NCBI GenBank assembly: GCA_964016885.1
Contig: OZ024741.1
Location: 69,006,001-69,070,000 of the forward strand
DNA: 64,000 nt
Direction of reading: 5' to 3'
Source: Eledone cirrhosa
Lineage: Eukaryota
A model generated the notes under the pieces. That model worked only from the letters and a program-made list of their open reading frames with translations. It searched no databases and was not told where the DNA came from. The translations under genes and the position numbers were made by a program. Below are positions 50,565-64,000 of this stretch, piece by piece (the first letter of the stretch is position 1; each line of letters starts with the position of its first letter).

Positions 50565-51058
50565 CTACCGAATGAAACACTTCTAGTCCTGTAGAAGCCT
50601 TTCTATATTAAATATGTATACTCTGCTTTGTATTGAGTACCTTACTTACTGTGGTTACCCCCGATTGAACCCGGGATAAACTTATATATATATATATATA
50701 CATACAGACTGGAAATAACGGTTGAAACTGCAAGACCTCAGCCGTTGGTCCCGACTCTTTATAATATACCATACTCTACTATCCCAGGCATCAAGTACTC
50801 TGTTGAGTAATGGTCTAACTAGTTTAAAACTGGTTCTATCTTGATATGTGTGTGTCTGTCTGTCTGACTGACTGACTGTGTATGTATGTATGTATGTATG
50901 TATGTATGTATGTATGTATGTATGTATGTATGTATGTATGTATGTATGTGTATACACACACACTAATATTCTACGTAAATAAGGTAAGACATATCACACT
51001 GTTAGATCTCTATGTAGTGTGAATATGAATATCTCTTCTGAGGATAAACGGCGAGGCT

Positions 51059-52409
<1,351 letters not shown>

Positions 52410-52544
52410 TCTGAAATAGCCGTCGAAACGGCTTGAGCTCTGCCGTCGGGCTTAAACATTTTCCTATTACCCACTCTACTACCCTAAGTATTGAGTACTC
52501 TGGTGCGTTATGGTCCATCTGGTTCCTTACCACACATCCTTCGT

Positions 52545-52576
<32 letters not shown>

Positions 52577-52616
52577 TATATATATATATATATATTAATA
52601 TATATATATATATATA

Positions 52617-52660
<44 letters not shown>

Positions 52661-52661
52661 T

Positions 52662-52733
<72 letters not shown>

Positions 52734-52904
52734 TTGAGGCCAATTTTGAGTGTTGTTACTCATGAGTTTTTCCTGTGTATTCACAGGATCTTCAACGGGA
52801 TTCTACCTTCAATTCTCACAATAAAGAAATCTATATTTTACACATATGAAGAGTTTTCTTTCTTTTTCAGATAAATATACCTGGTACTGCGTGGGTGGCG
52901 GTGC

Positions 52905-53698
52905 CTGTGTGTCTGTGTCTGTATCTGTGTGTGTGTTTGTATGTGTGTGTGTGTGTGTGCACGTGTGTCGGTGTGTGTGCATTCGTGTGTGTCTGTCTGT
53001 GCGAATGTGTGTGTGTGTGTGTGTGTGTGTGTTCGTATATGTGTGTTTGTCTGTGTCTGTGTGTCTGCGTGTGTCTGTGTGTGTTCGTGTGTGTGTGTAT
53101 GTGTGTGTGTATGTGTGCATGTGAGTGTGTGTGTATGTATGTTTGTGCATGTGAGTGTGTGTTCGTGTGTGTGTGTGTGTCTGTGTGTGTATGTGAGTCT
53201 GTGTGTGTGTCTGTGTGGGTGTGTGTGTATGTGTGTGTGCGTGTGTGTGTGTGTGTGTGTCTGTGTGGGTGTGTGTGTATGTGTGTGTGCGTGTGTGTGT
53301 GTGTCTGTGTATGTGTCTGTGTGTGCATGTGTGTGTGTCTGTGTGTGTATGTGTGTGTGTGTGTGCGTGTGTGTGTGTGTCTGTGTCTGTGTCTGTGTGT
53401 GCATGTGTGTGTGTGTGTGTGTGTATGTGTGTGTGTGTGTGTGGGTGGGTGTGTCTGTGTGTGTGTGTGTGCGTGTGTGTCTGTGTCTGTGTCTGTGTCT
53501 GTGTGTGTATGTGTGTGTGTGCGTGTGTGTGTGTGTCTGTGTCTGTGTCTGTGTGTGTCTGTGTGTGTGGGGGGGTGTATGTGTCTGTGTGTGCATGTGT
53601 GTGTGTCCATGTCTGTGAATGTGTCTGTGTGTGTGTGTGTGCGTGTGTGTGTGTGTCTGTGTATGTGTCTGTGTGTGCATGTGTGTGTGTCCATGTCT

Positions 53699-53733
<35 letters not shown>

Positions 53734-53774
53734 TGTGTGTGTGTCTGTGTGTGCATGTGTGTGTGTCCATGTAT

Positions 53775-53806
<32 letters not shown>

Positions 53807-54014
53807 CTGTGTGTGTGTCTGTGTGTGCATGTGTGTGTGTGTGTCTGTGTGTGTGTGTGTCTGTGTGTGTGTGTGTATGTGTCTGTGTGTGCCTGTGTGT
53901 GTGTCCATGTCTGTGTCTGTGTGTCTGTGTGTGTGTGTGTGTGTGCATGTGTGTGTGTGTGTCTGTGTGTGTGTGTGTATGTGTCTGTGTGTGCATGTGT
54001 GTGTGTCCATGTCT

Positions 54015-54055
<41 letters not shown>

Positions 54056-54594
54056 TGTGTGTGTGTCTGTGTGTGCATGTGTATGTGTGTGTGTGTGTGT
54101 GTGTGTATGTGTCTGTGTGTGCATGTGTGTGTGTCCATGTCTGTGAATGTGTCAGATAATCAGTAAAAGTGAAACACTGACAAAAAATCAGAATTTATTA
54201 ATAGCAAGTATCTCATATAGTCAAGAACATAATACCCCCCTTTACATATACATACACTCATGCACACACATACACACACACACTCATTAACACATACACA
54301 CTCACTCACACACTCACTTACACACTCACTTACACACACACTCACACTCTCACACACACACACACATAGACATAGACACACGCACTCACACACACACACA
54401 TAGAGACATAGATATAGACACACACACACACTCATACACACACATAGACACATAGAGGTAGACACACGCACACACTCACACACACACACACACACAGACA
54501 TGGACACACATACTCACACTCACACACACACACCCACACATAGATATAGACACATACACTCACACTAACGCACACACACATAGAAACGCACATA

Positions 54595-54649
<55 letters not shown>

Positions 54650-54845
54650 CAGACACATATATACACATGCACACACACATATATACAGACACACACAGAC
54701 CTACACACACACACATATACACACATTCAGACATGCACACACAGACACATACGCCTCCCCCCACTCACCCACCCACCCACACACATAGACATACACACAG
54801 GCACACACACACACAGACACACATACGTATACACACATTCACACA
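52905..54845. repeat. Degenerate (GT)n block followed by a (CA)n block of opposite polarity
   Basis: GT-rich 52905-54150, a ~90-bp unique spacer, then CA-rich 54245-54845. Confidence 0.95.
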
Positions 54846-55209
54846 GAAGAGAGGGGAAAAAAATCAATACCAATCATGTGATACACAGCTGATGATGTAA
54901 CTTGTGTAAGTATCGATCTGTTTGGTAATGTGATTGATTCAACAGTCCGTGTAGCCAATGTTCGTTTTGATATGGCTGAAGGTGATTGGAGCTATAAGAA
55001 AGAAAGAAAAGAGCTTCCGGCTTCTTACTTCACTGCTTTTGCAGAATTTCTGCCGAGAGCGCTTAACGAGAATACCCCTTGAGGAAATACATAGGGCGTT
55101 ACATCTATGTTAAACTGAATATCGATTTCTGATTTAGGCACAAGGCTAGTAAATTTTACTAGATGGATAAAGAAGATTAAATCAATGCTAGTTCTTAAAT
55201 GGTATTATA

Positions 55210-55875
55210 TTTGGCAGTATCAGCAGAAGGCCGGATGCCATGCTTTGCAGCATAGAGTTACGCCCCTTTATGGTGTGAGTTCAAATCCAGCTCGAGGTTC
55301 ACTTTACCTTTCATCCTTACGGGGTCGATAAAATAAAGTACCAGTAATGTGCTGGGGTAATTGCTGGCCTTGTGCCAATAGTAGAAACAATTATATTTTA
55401 TTGAGTTCAAATCCCGCCGAGGTTAACTTTGCCTTTCATCCTTACGGGGTCGATAAAATAAAGTACCAGTAATGTACTGGGGTAATTGCTGGCCTTGTGC
55501 CAAAAGTAGAAACAATTATTATTTATTGACCCTGGAAGGATGAAAAGAACAGTTGACATCGACAGGATTTGAACTCAGTATGTAAAGAAACAGAACAACT
55601 ACCGTGATGGCATTTCATTCGACGCTCTATCTGCCAATCTATCACTATTGTTTTCATGCTAATATTGGTTTCTGATTTTTTTTTTTTGGGGGGGGGGGGG
55701 GGGGGTCGATTAAATCGACCCCAATGCATTACTGGTACTTTATTTTATCGACCCCGTAAAGATGAAAGGCAAAGCTAACCTCGGCAGAATTTGAACTCAG
55801 ATCGTAAAGGGCCATAACTCTGTGCCGCAAAGCATGGTGTCTGACGCTCTACCGATACTGTCAATCCACCGACCT
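55210..55875. mobile_element. Cluster of SINEs (two on the plus strand, two on the minus strand)
   Basis: 17733-family motifs at 55210-55395 (+), 55400-55520 (+) and 55690-55875 (-), plus a related copy at 55525-55640 (-). Confidence 0.8.
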
Positions 55876-56476
55876 TGTTAATATTATTTTCTAATTGAGA
55901 CACAAGACCAGCAGATTTTGGGGTAGTTAAAGTTGATTAATGAGTAAATTAACCCCAGGACGTGACTGGTACTTTATTTCTCCATCGTTCTACCAATTCT
56001 GCTATTCCACCACACTTGTTAAGCTTAATATTAAAAGGTCAACTTATTAAAGATATAATCTACTATAATAATTCCATTCAAATCTAAAATACTTTAAAGA
56101 AAATGAATCAACCTCAGTAATCAATTTTTATTTGATTTCATCGAACCCAGGGTGCCAAAAGATAACGCTGACAACAAGCAGGATTCGAACTCAGAATTTA
56201 CAGGTTTCTATATTATATATATCCAAAACAGGAGGACACAGGAATAGGGAAAGACGGAGAAACGGTCAGTCTCTTCTAATCCCTATAGTTCTCTGTAAAT
56301 CACTATAGTTTTAGTACTTGCTTCTGCTGTAACTAGGTGAATGGCGACAGCCACCACCTTTAAAATTCATAGCTAAAGGCTCTCAAATGTTTATTCGTAA
56401 ACATATTGTATATTTTTAGATATACAAACCTTACATATACAAATGTACAGAGCTGTGGTAGGTCGAACACCCTAAT

Positions 56477-56536
<60 letters not shown>

Positions 56537-56557
56537 CCGACACATACATACATACAC

Positions 56558-56622
<65 letters not shown>

Positions 56623-56639
56623 TATGTATACGTACATAC

Positions 56640-57180
56640 GTATATGTATGTATATACATACTACTGTACGTCTGTATACATATATGTATGTTCGTATACA
56701 TACTTATATTTAAGTATCAGCCGTACTAAGAGTGAGAAATGAAATTTCATTTTTTCCATTATTCGTTTTCGGTACTCCCGGCCGACTAACTCACTCGATA
56801 TGCAAATTAGGCTGCTCAGCCGTTAATATGCATAAGGAAAGTATATACTTTCAAACGTTCAATCGATTGACAGGAAGGTATACGGTGCTGATGACAGCTA
56901 ATAAGCTAGAAACTAGTTCATCGTTCCTTTGTCAGTGTTGAACAAAAGGGCAACGGTGGTTGCCGAACACTGTACGGCTTAATTCGGGCTATTTGTTTAC
57001 AAACAAACCGAACATTATAATAAATGTTCGGTAAACCCAAACGTACATATATATGTGTGCATGTATATATGTATATACATACTACTGTACGTCTGTATAC
57101 ATATATGTATGTACGTATACATACTTATATTTAAGTATCAGCCGTACTAAGAGTGAGAAATAAAATTTCATTTTTTCCAT
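56640..57180 (+). mobile_element. Retrozyme-like unit: ~120-bp direct repeats with a 421-bp period enclosing a hammerhead
   Basis: CTACTGTACGTCTG..TTTTTTCCAT at 56661 and 57082, with (TA)n flanks. Confidence 0.7.
56882..56924 (+). ncRNA. Type I hammerhead ribozyme motif
   Basis: ACGGTG-CTGATGA-CAGCT-AATA-AGCTA-GAAA-CTAG-TT-CATCGT. Confidence 0.75.
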
Positions 57181-57186
57181 ATATAT

Positions 57187-57220
<34 letters not shown>

Positions 57221-57227
<7 letters not shown>

Positions 57228-57839
57228 CAAATAACGAAACGAAATTAAATTTCGTTTCGTTTGTAACTCACTTTTGTATGACTGACGCTTTACATATGTA
57301 TACGTGTGTGTATTCATATGCATACTAGTATTTCAGTATACATATGTGGATGTACATTTTTAACTTAATTGTTTAAGCGTCAGTCATACAAAAGTGAGTT
57401 ACAAACAAAACGAAATTTAATTTCGTTTCGTTATTTGTTTTTATCGTCTCCGTTGAACCGGTACGTACTCACGCTCTATGCAAATTAGTCTGCCCACTAC
57501 TAATTTTCATAGAAAAAGCATATAACGATATGTGCTTTTACGATTCTCTAGAAAGGCCGGAAGATAGGTAAATATTGCTGATGAGTTGTAACAATAACGA
57601 AACTAGTTCAATATTCCTTGTCTGGCTTTCTGGAGAATAGAGGAAAGGTGTTTCCTCAAAAACCAGTATGACTCTAAAAACCGGTTTGTCTGTGTGTTTA
57701 CATACAGAATAGCTGGACACTCACAGTAAAGTGACCAGTGAAAAACTCGGTACATCTACATATGTATACGTGTGTGTATTCATATGCATACTAGTATTTC
57801 AGTATACATATGTGGATGTACATTTTTAACTTAATTGTT

Positions 57840-57840
<1 letters not shown>
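57221..57840 (+). mobile_element. Retrozyme-like unit: inverted 5' segment plus ~85-bp direct repeats with a 466-bp period enclosing a hammerhead
   Basis: 57221-57290 is the reverse complement of 57375-57444. TACATATGTATACG..TTAATTGTTT occurs at 57291 and 57757. Confidence 0.7.
57571..57615 (+). ncRNA. Type I hammerhead ribozyme motif
   Basis: AATATTG-CTGATGA-GTTGT-AACA-ATAAC-GAAA-CTAG-TT-CAATATT, with a perfect 7-bp stem I and a 5-bp stem II. Confidence 0.85.
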
Positions 57841-57930
<90 letters not shown>

Positions 57931-57979
57931 AGAATATGGAAGGAATATATTAGATCAACGCTTGAAATAGCAGGAAGAG

Positions 57980-58020
57980 AACATTAACGTTTCGGGCACT
58001 AGTCCTTCATCAGCAGAAAG
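57980..58020 (-). ncRNA. Hammerhead motif with canonical core and weak stem I
   Basis: CTGATGA-AGGAC-TAGT-GCCC-GAAA-CG-TT-AA. The surrounding 57925-58090 is homologous to 62775-62940. Confidence 0.55.
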
Positions 58021-58205
58021 AATGATAAATTAGATAGATTGAAGGGACGGGCAGTGTCTAAAAAAGAAAAATGTCTTTAGATAAAAATATTAGCTGTAAG
58101 AGTATATGTTTCTGACCATAGGAGAGCCATAGAAATCTAGGGGTGAATGTACAAGCGCGTGTGATAATGGACGGGGTATTAACGAAATTGAGGAGGGGAG
58201 TTGAG

Positions 58206-58270
<65 letters not shown>

Positions 58271-58297
58271 TTATATATATATAGAGAGAGAGGGGGT

Positions 58298-58392
58298 GGA
58301 TTCTACAGGACTAGAACTGTTTCATCCGAAAGAAATCATCAGCTTTCCTGATCATTTCCTTCGAATGAAACAGTTCTAGTCCTGTAGAAGCC
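58298..58392. ncRNA. Back-to-back inverted pair of H-GTA hammerhead motifs
   Basis: The minus copy reads CTGATGATTTCTTTCGGATGAAACAGTTCTAGTCCTGTAGAATCC. The plus copy has a CTGATCA core. Confidence 0.55.
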
Positions 58393-58500
58393 ATTTATAA
58401 TCTACTATGTATTGAGTATCTTACTTGTGGTTACCCCCGATTGAACCCGGGATACACACACACACACACACACACAAATATATGTATATATATATATATT

Positions 58501-59295
58501 CTAGGGCGGGTAAAATTCCCGAGATCCATGAACGAGTTCTCTCCAGCGGTCTCTGTCCCTCATTATCGCTGCCATGTCCTGCGTCTCCAACAGACCGGTG
58601 TCTGTCCTTAGGGCATCAACATACGTTAACCTTGGTCTTCCGCTTCCAGTGTGTCCATGTAGGGGATCCCACAGGAGCACTGAGTGCAATGTCAACTCTG
58701 GATGTCGGTGAGCATGTCCAGCTAACCTCAGTCTTCTCTGTGTCACTTTTGAGCTGACTTTTGGAGGCTCCCATACAGCTCTGAGTTTTTCATCCTCAGT
58801 GTATACTGATTAATGTTCAGAACCATCCTCAGCATTCTCGTGTAACACCCATCCACCATCTGAGCGAGTTTCTTGGTCAATGTCCAAGTCTCAGACCCGT
58901 ACAGCAGCACAGACTCCACTACAGCAATGAAGAGGCGGATTTTCAGGTCTTTACGAAGGTCCGACTTCCAGACCGATCTCAAGCTGTGGCACGCCGCCCA
59001 GGTTTTGCTCTTCCTCTCAACCACATCATCTTCCGTATTCCCAATCTTTGCTCCCAAATACCGGAAGTCCTCAACCAATTCTAGCGGCTTCCCGCCTACA
59101 TTAGTGATCCCCTCTGGCTTCTCAACATTCTCTACCAGATATTTTGTTTTAGTCTCATTCATTCTCAGCCCCACACTCATTGACACAGTCTCAACCTCCT
59201 GCATCAAATCCTCTGCCTCCTTCACTGTATTTGTCACCAAAACTATGTCGTCGGCAAATTCAACATCCGATATCTTTTTCGCCTTAACTCTCCTG
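58501..59295 (-). mobile_element. 5'-truncated RTE-like LINE fragment
   Basis: EFADDIV, GLRMNETKT, FRYLG, LLYGSETW, RLRLAGH and GRPR motifs. Ends at a (TA)n tract. Confidence 0.85.
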
Positions 59296-59340
59296 CAAAG
59301 TTTTTTTTATATGAAATCGTGTGTTGAAACAAATATTGTT

Positions 59341-59658
59341 ATATATGGGGAAGCTCATGTTATAATAGTGCCAGAAATATATAGTAAAACACACTCACTG
59401 TTTGGGGCTGGTTTTCGCTTCTGTATTTTTTATATTTCTATAATTAATTCAGCTGGTAATCAATGTTTATCATTGATTGACCAACAGTTAAAAATATAGA
59501 TATAAATATAGTTTCTCATATACGATACGAGAAACTATATTTATATCTATATTTTTAACTGTTGGTCAATCAATGATAAACATTGATTACCAGCTGAATT
59601 ACCAAACAGTGAGTTTGTTTTACTATATATTTCTGGCAATATTATAACATGACCCTCC

Positions 59659-59666
<8 letters not shown>
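59341..59666. repeat. Nested fold-back palindrome ending in (TA)n
   Basis: Inner near-perfect hairpin 59446-59600. Outer arms 59341-59405 and 59602-59666. The right arm lacks ~40 bp. Confidence 0.9.
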
Positions 59667-59741
<75 letters not shown>

Positions 59742-59745
59742 AGAG

Positions 59746-60638
59746 ACGATGCTGTGTGGTTACTGATAAAGGGTGTTAGAAAGGGACACAAACGAGAGAT
59801 GGAGATTTTCCCTTCATCAGTTGTCTACTACGGGTTACAGATGTTTCAGCGCATTATAGATAATACATCTATCCGTAGCGTACCGATAGCTTTTTATCTA
59901 TCAAAAAGCCACGGGGGAAAGAAGCGACAGTGAAGAGAGAGAAAGAAAGAAAGGGAGAGAAAAAAGGGAAAACAATGGAAGAAAACATACCGATAGAAGG
60001 GGGAAACACAGGGCAATGGAACATGTAAGTAACCGGAAGGAGATAGGCCAAAGTTAAAAAAAAAGCCGTTGGGTTTAAGTCCATGAGTCACATTAATAGC
60101 GGAGCTGAGAGAAACACGTCTATTCTCAGTGAAAGTGGGCGCAAAGAGAGAGAAAGACGGAGGAAACGGAAGTGACAGAGAGAGAGGGGGTAGAAAGGCA
60201 GAGGGGATGAGTAAGAGGGATAGAGAGAGGGGCGGAGGGAAAGGGAGTTAATCCAAAAGGGTGGTACGACATAAGTCTGACCAGGACTAACTAACAAGAC
60301 AAACGAGATCGATAGAGAGAGATGGGGGGGGGGGAGAAATGGAAAGAAAAGGAAAGAGTTGATCCAAAAGAGTGGTAAGATATAAGTCCGACCAGGAACA
60401 ACAAGACCGAGCGAGATAGATAGAGAGAAGGGAGCGGAGGTCACAGCAATAGATACATAAATATGGATTGAGATGGACGAGGCTGTGTGGTTACTGATAA
60501 CAAGTGTTAGAAAGTAAAGGGATACAAACAAGAGATGGACATTTTCCCTTCATCAGTTGTCTGCGTATTATAGACAATGCATCAATCCGTAGCGCGCCCA
60601 TAACTTTTTATCTATCAAAAGGCCATGAGGGAAAGAAG

Positions 60639-60640
<2 letters not shown>
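59746..60640 (-). mobile_element. Probable PLE-type remnant with ~170-bp diverged direct repeats (~730-bp period)
   Basis: GCTGTGTGGTT.ACTGATAA..TTTTCCCTTCATCAGTTGTCT..TTTTTATCTATCAAAA..GAAAGAAGCGA occurs at 59750 and 60480. Each copy has CTGATGAAGGG on the minus strand. Confidence 0.5.
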
Positions 60641-60679
<39 letters not shown>

Positions 60680-60902
60680 AAACTTGGTTGGACGGGAACA
60701 AAAACAGAGAGGCAGTACAAATAAAAGTTTATTAGGTTCACGCTCTTGAGAGTGGAGGGTGGGGAACGACGTACAAATAAAAATAAAAATAAACATAAAG
60801 ATAAACAAGTGGTGGAAGGGTGTTAGACGTGTAGGGGTAGTGGCGGGTAGAGTAGGAAGAGGGAGGCGGGGGTTCCGAGCGGGGAAGGCTGAAGGTGGTG
60901 TT

Positions 60903-61080
<178 letters not shown>

Positions 61081-61499
61081 GGATTCTACAGGACTATAAC
61101 TTACCTATATATATATATGAGCAGAAAATGCACAGAGTTACATATCACGAACAGGGCAATGCATCGTTACTTCGTCAGCCACCTTGCTGTAAGTGCAGTT
61201 TCGCGCATTAAGGTGGTATTGCATTTGTAATGCCAGTTTGTGCAACAGACCAGAGCCCGCTCTGTTGGTGAGTTACATGTCAGACGATAACAAAGAATAG
61301 ACAGGAAACATTTATGGGTGTTATAGTAGAAGACACTTTCGCAGGTGGCACGCAGTCGCAATGAACCTGAAACCACATGATTGTGAATCGAGCTCCTTAA
61401 CCACTCAGACATGTATACATACACAGGCATTTAAGAACACAAGTACGCACACACACACACATGCATAAATACATTTATACGTATGTACATACCTATATA

Positions 61500-61544
<45 letters not shown>

Positions 61545-61587
61545 ATGTGTGTGTGTATGTGTCTGTGTGTATGTATACATATATACA

Positions 61588-61627
<40 letters not shown>

Positions 61628-61714
61628 CATATACATACATATATACATACGTTTATACATACATATAGACATACATACATACATACATATATACATACAC
61701 ACACAGACACACAG

Positions 61715-61799
<85 letters not shown>

Positions 61800-62196
61800 A
61801 CACATAAAGCACACAACCTTCATTCTCTGCCTTGCACACTTCTACAGAACACATATGAATCACGTAGTCAGTTTTTCATTTCAACTGATCAAGTCCATCA
61901 AGTACAATTATTCAGGCAATTCTGACATATTAATTAACAAATTATCATATTGAGTCCAAATGGCACCGCATCCTAATGAAATATAACCAGAGACGTTGGA
62001 ACTGTTGAGAGACGTGTCTTAGCTAATTAGTTGATTTTTAACATATTTCTTCCTCAATCTTTAAGCAAAGCTATTAGTATTGGTGTACTTCATGACCAGT
62101 TATTCAACCTATTATATAGATATATGTATGCATATATATATATTTTATATATGTGTGTGTGTGTGTGTATGTGTGAGTATGTCTCTGTGTGTGTAA

Positions 62197-62240
<44 letters not shown>

Positions 62241-62398
62241 TTTAGTTATTGCTCGCACTGATTTTGAGGTATCTGGTCTTTAATGCGAAGAAATACCGAT
62301 GATAGTCAGAAGATCACTGATGATGGACAGTCTCCTTTTTCGCTCTATTTTTCATTCATACGTATCACACTCGCAACAACGCAGCACGCCATTTTTTC

Positions 62399-62733
<335 letters not shown>

Positions 62734-62830
62734 TGTCTGTGTGTGTGTAAAAGGTAAACAGAAATAACAACACAATCGGTACAGTATATGGAAGGAATAT
62801 ATTTGGTTAACGCTTGAGATAGCAGGAAGA

Positions 62831-62870
62831 GAGTCTGAACGTTTCGGACGCCAGTCCTTCACCAGAAGAA
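62831..62870 (-). ncRNA. Variant hammerhead motif (CTGGTGA core)
   Basis: CTGGTGA-AGGAC-TGGC-GTCC-GAAA-CG-TT-CAGA. Confidence 0.45.
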
Positions 62871-63232
62871 AGAATGAGAAATAAGATAAAATGAAGGGAC
62901 GGGCGGGTTGGAATTGGAAAAAATGTCTTTAGATAAAAATAACAGGTCCATTCATGTTGACATCTCATTTACATACATATATATACACACCCATATATAT
63001 ATCGTCTTCCTGTCTTCCTCCGGTTGCAACTTTTTTTTAAATATTTACTTCTGCGTTCACAGATTGACTTTGTTAGTTTCAGAAGATCCCGTTAAGGGTG
63101 AAAGCAGCGATTCTTTGCTTAAACTTTAATCTGTTATTTTAATAAATATTTGCTCTACAGTTCTTATATATTTGATATATATTTATCCTTATCGAGCCCT
63201 CTTTGGATTTTAGTCTTCAAATTTATTATTAT

Positions 63233-63314
<82 letters not shown>

Positions 63315-63503
63315 AGGGAGGGGGAGAGAGAGAGAAACAGACACCCAGATAGATAGATAGATAGATATGTGTGCGTGTGCGCGTGTGTGTGTGTGTTTAC
63401 AACATGCTTTCACGTATAAATTTGATTGTGCCAACGGGAGAAACAAAAAATAATACATGGATAGAATAAGATATGTTATCTTTATTTTACTTCCCTTCAA
63501 TTT

Positions 63504-63682
63504 TACGAGCGTCGGCTGACCAAGATACTCTCATGGAATGACTAAATGAGGTTTATTTTTCAACATAGTTTCTTGAAAGAAACAATACAGTTATTAATAA
63601 GAGTAGTTTTGAAATTAATACATGGAAGATTTCACAGCTCTTATATCAATCCTTCATATGAACCTTTCGGCCAGCCCTCGTA
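63504..63682 (-). mobile_element. Mariner-type MITE
   Basis: TA-CGAG.. at one end and ..CCCTCG-TA at the other. Related to 39864-40165. Confidence 0.7.
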
Positions 63683-64000
63683 TATTATAGCTGCCAATAT
63701 ACGCCTGTGATTCTAGGACAAAGAATTCCCTGCTTAACTCTCCTTTCAAAACCAGTTTTGATGAATGAGTTAAGCCCAAAATACTTACCTCGCGAGTCAC
63801 GGGTATAGCTTCGCAGCTATAATATAAGAGTGTGGGAAAATATGTGTGCACGCACGCATATATTTTACTTCCCCAAATCTCAATGTGATCGCACCTATTG
63901 TGTAGTTGCGTATCCTGACAATCTACCACTAACCCTCATATACTTATACTTATATATGTGTATGCACTTGCACCTATGTCTATCTATGCGTAGCTATACA

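Noticed and set aside
63781-63800. ATACTTACCT resembling the U1 snRNA 5' end
   Set aside because: The similarity stops after 10 nt. It is better read as a minus-strand splice donor.

Overview
This is eukaryotic, AT-rich, microsatellite-saturated intergenic or intronic DNA. The SINE family and repeat style look like a cephalopod (Octopus-like) genome, which is an inference. No host gene is confidently identifiable and almost all short ORFs are microsatellite or antisense artefacts. The window is a retroelement nest. (1) A head-to-tail array of Tx1/L1-clade LINEs is joined at (ATT)n: two 3' stubs, one intact-looking two-ORF element (ORF1 6044-7954, ORF2 7984-11373) and one near-intact element, plus an ORF1-ORF2 deletion derivative nearby. 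(2) There are degenerate CR1-group, RTE, R4/Dong (restriction-like endonuclease), CRE-like and Penelope-like (PLE) fragments. (3) A ~600-bp bipartite non-autonomous RTE derivative occurs in 5-7 copies. (4) tRNA-derived SINEs and mariner and hAT MITEs are scattered through the window. The most interesting signal is non-coding: about a dozen type I hammerhead ribozyme motifs (CTGANGA...GAAA...NTH) from at least six unrelated short families. They sit in small elements anchored in (TA)n tracts, many of them fold-back palindromes. Two related 421- and 466-bp direct-repeat units carry ribozymes with compensatory stem changes. Together these suggest a diverse PLE-driven, retrozyme-like system.
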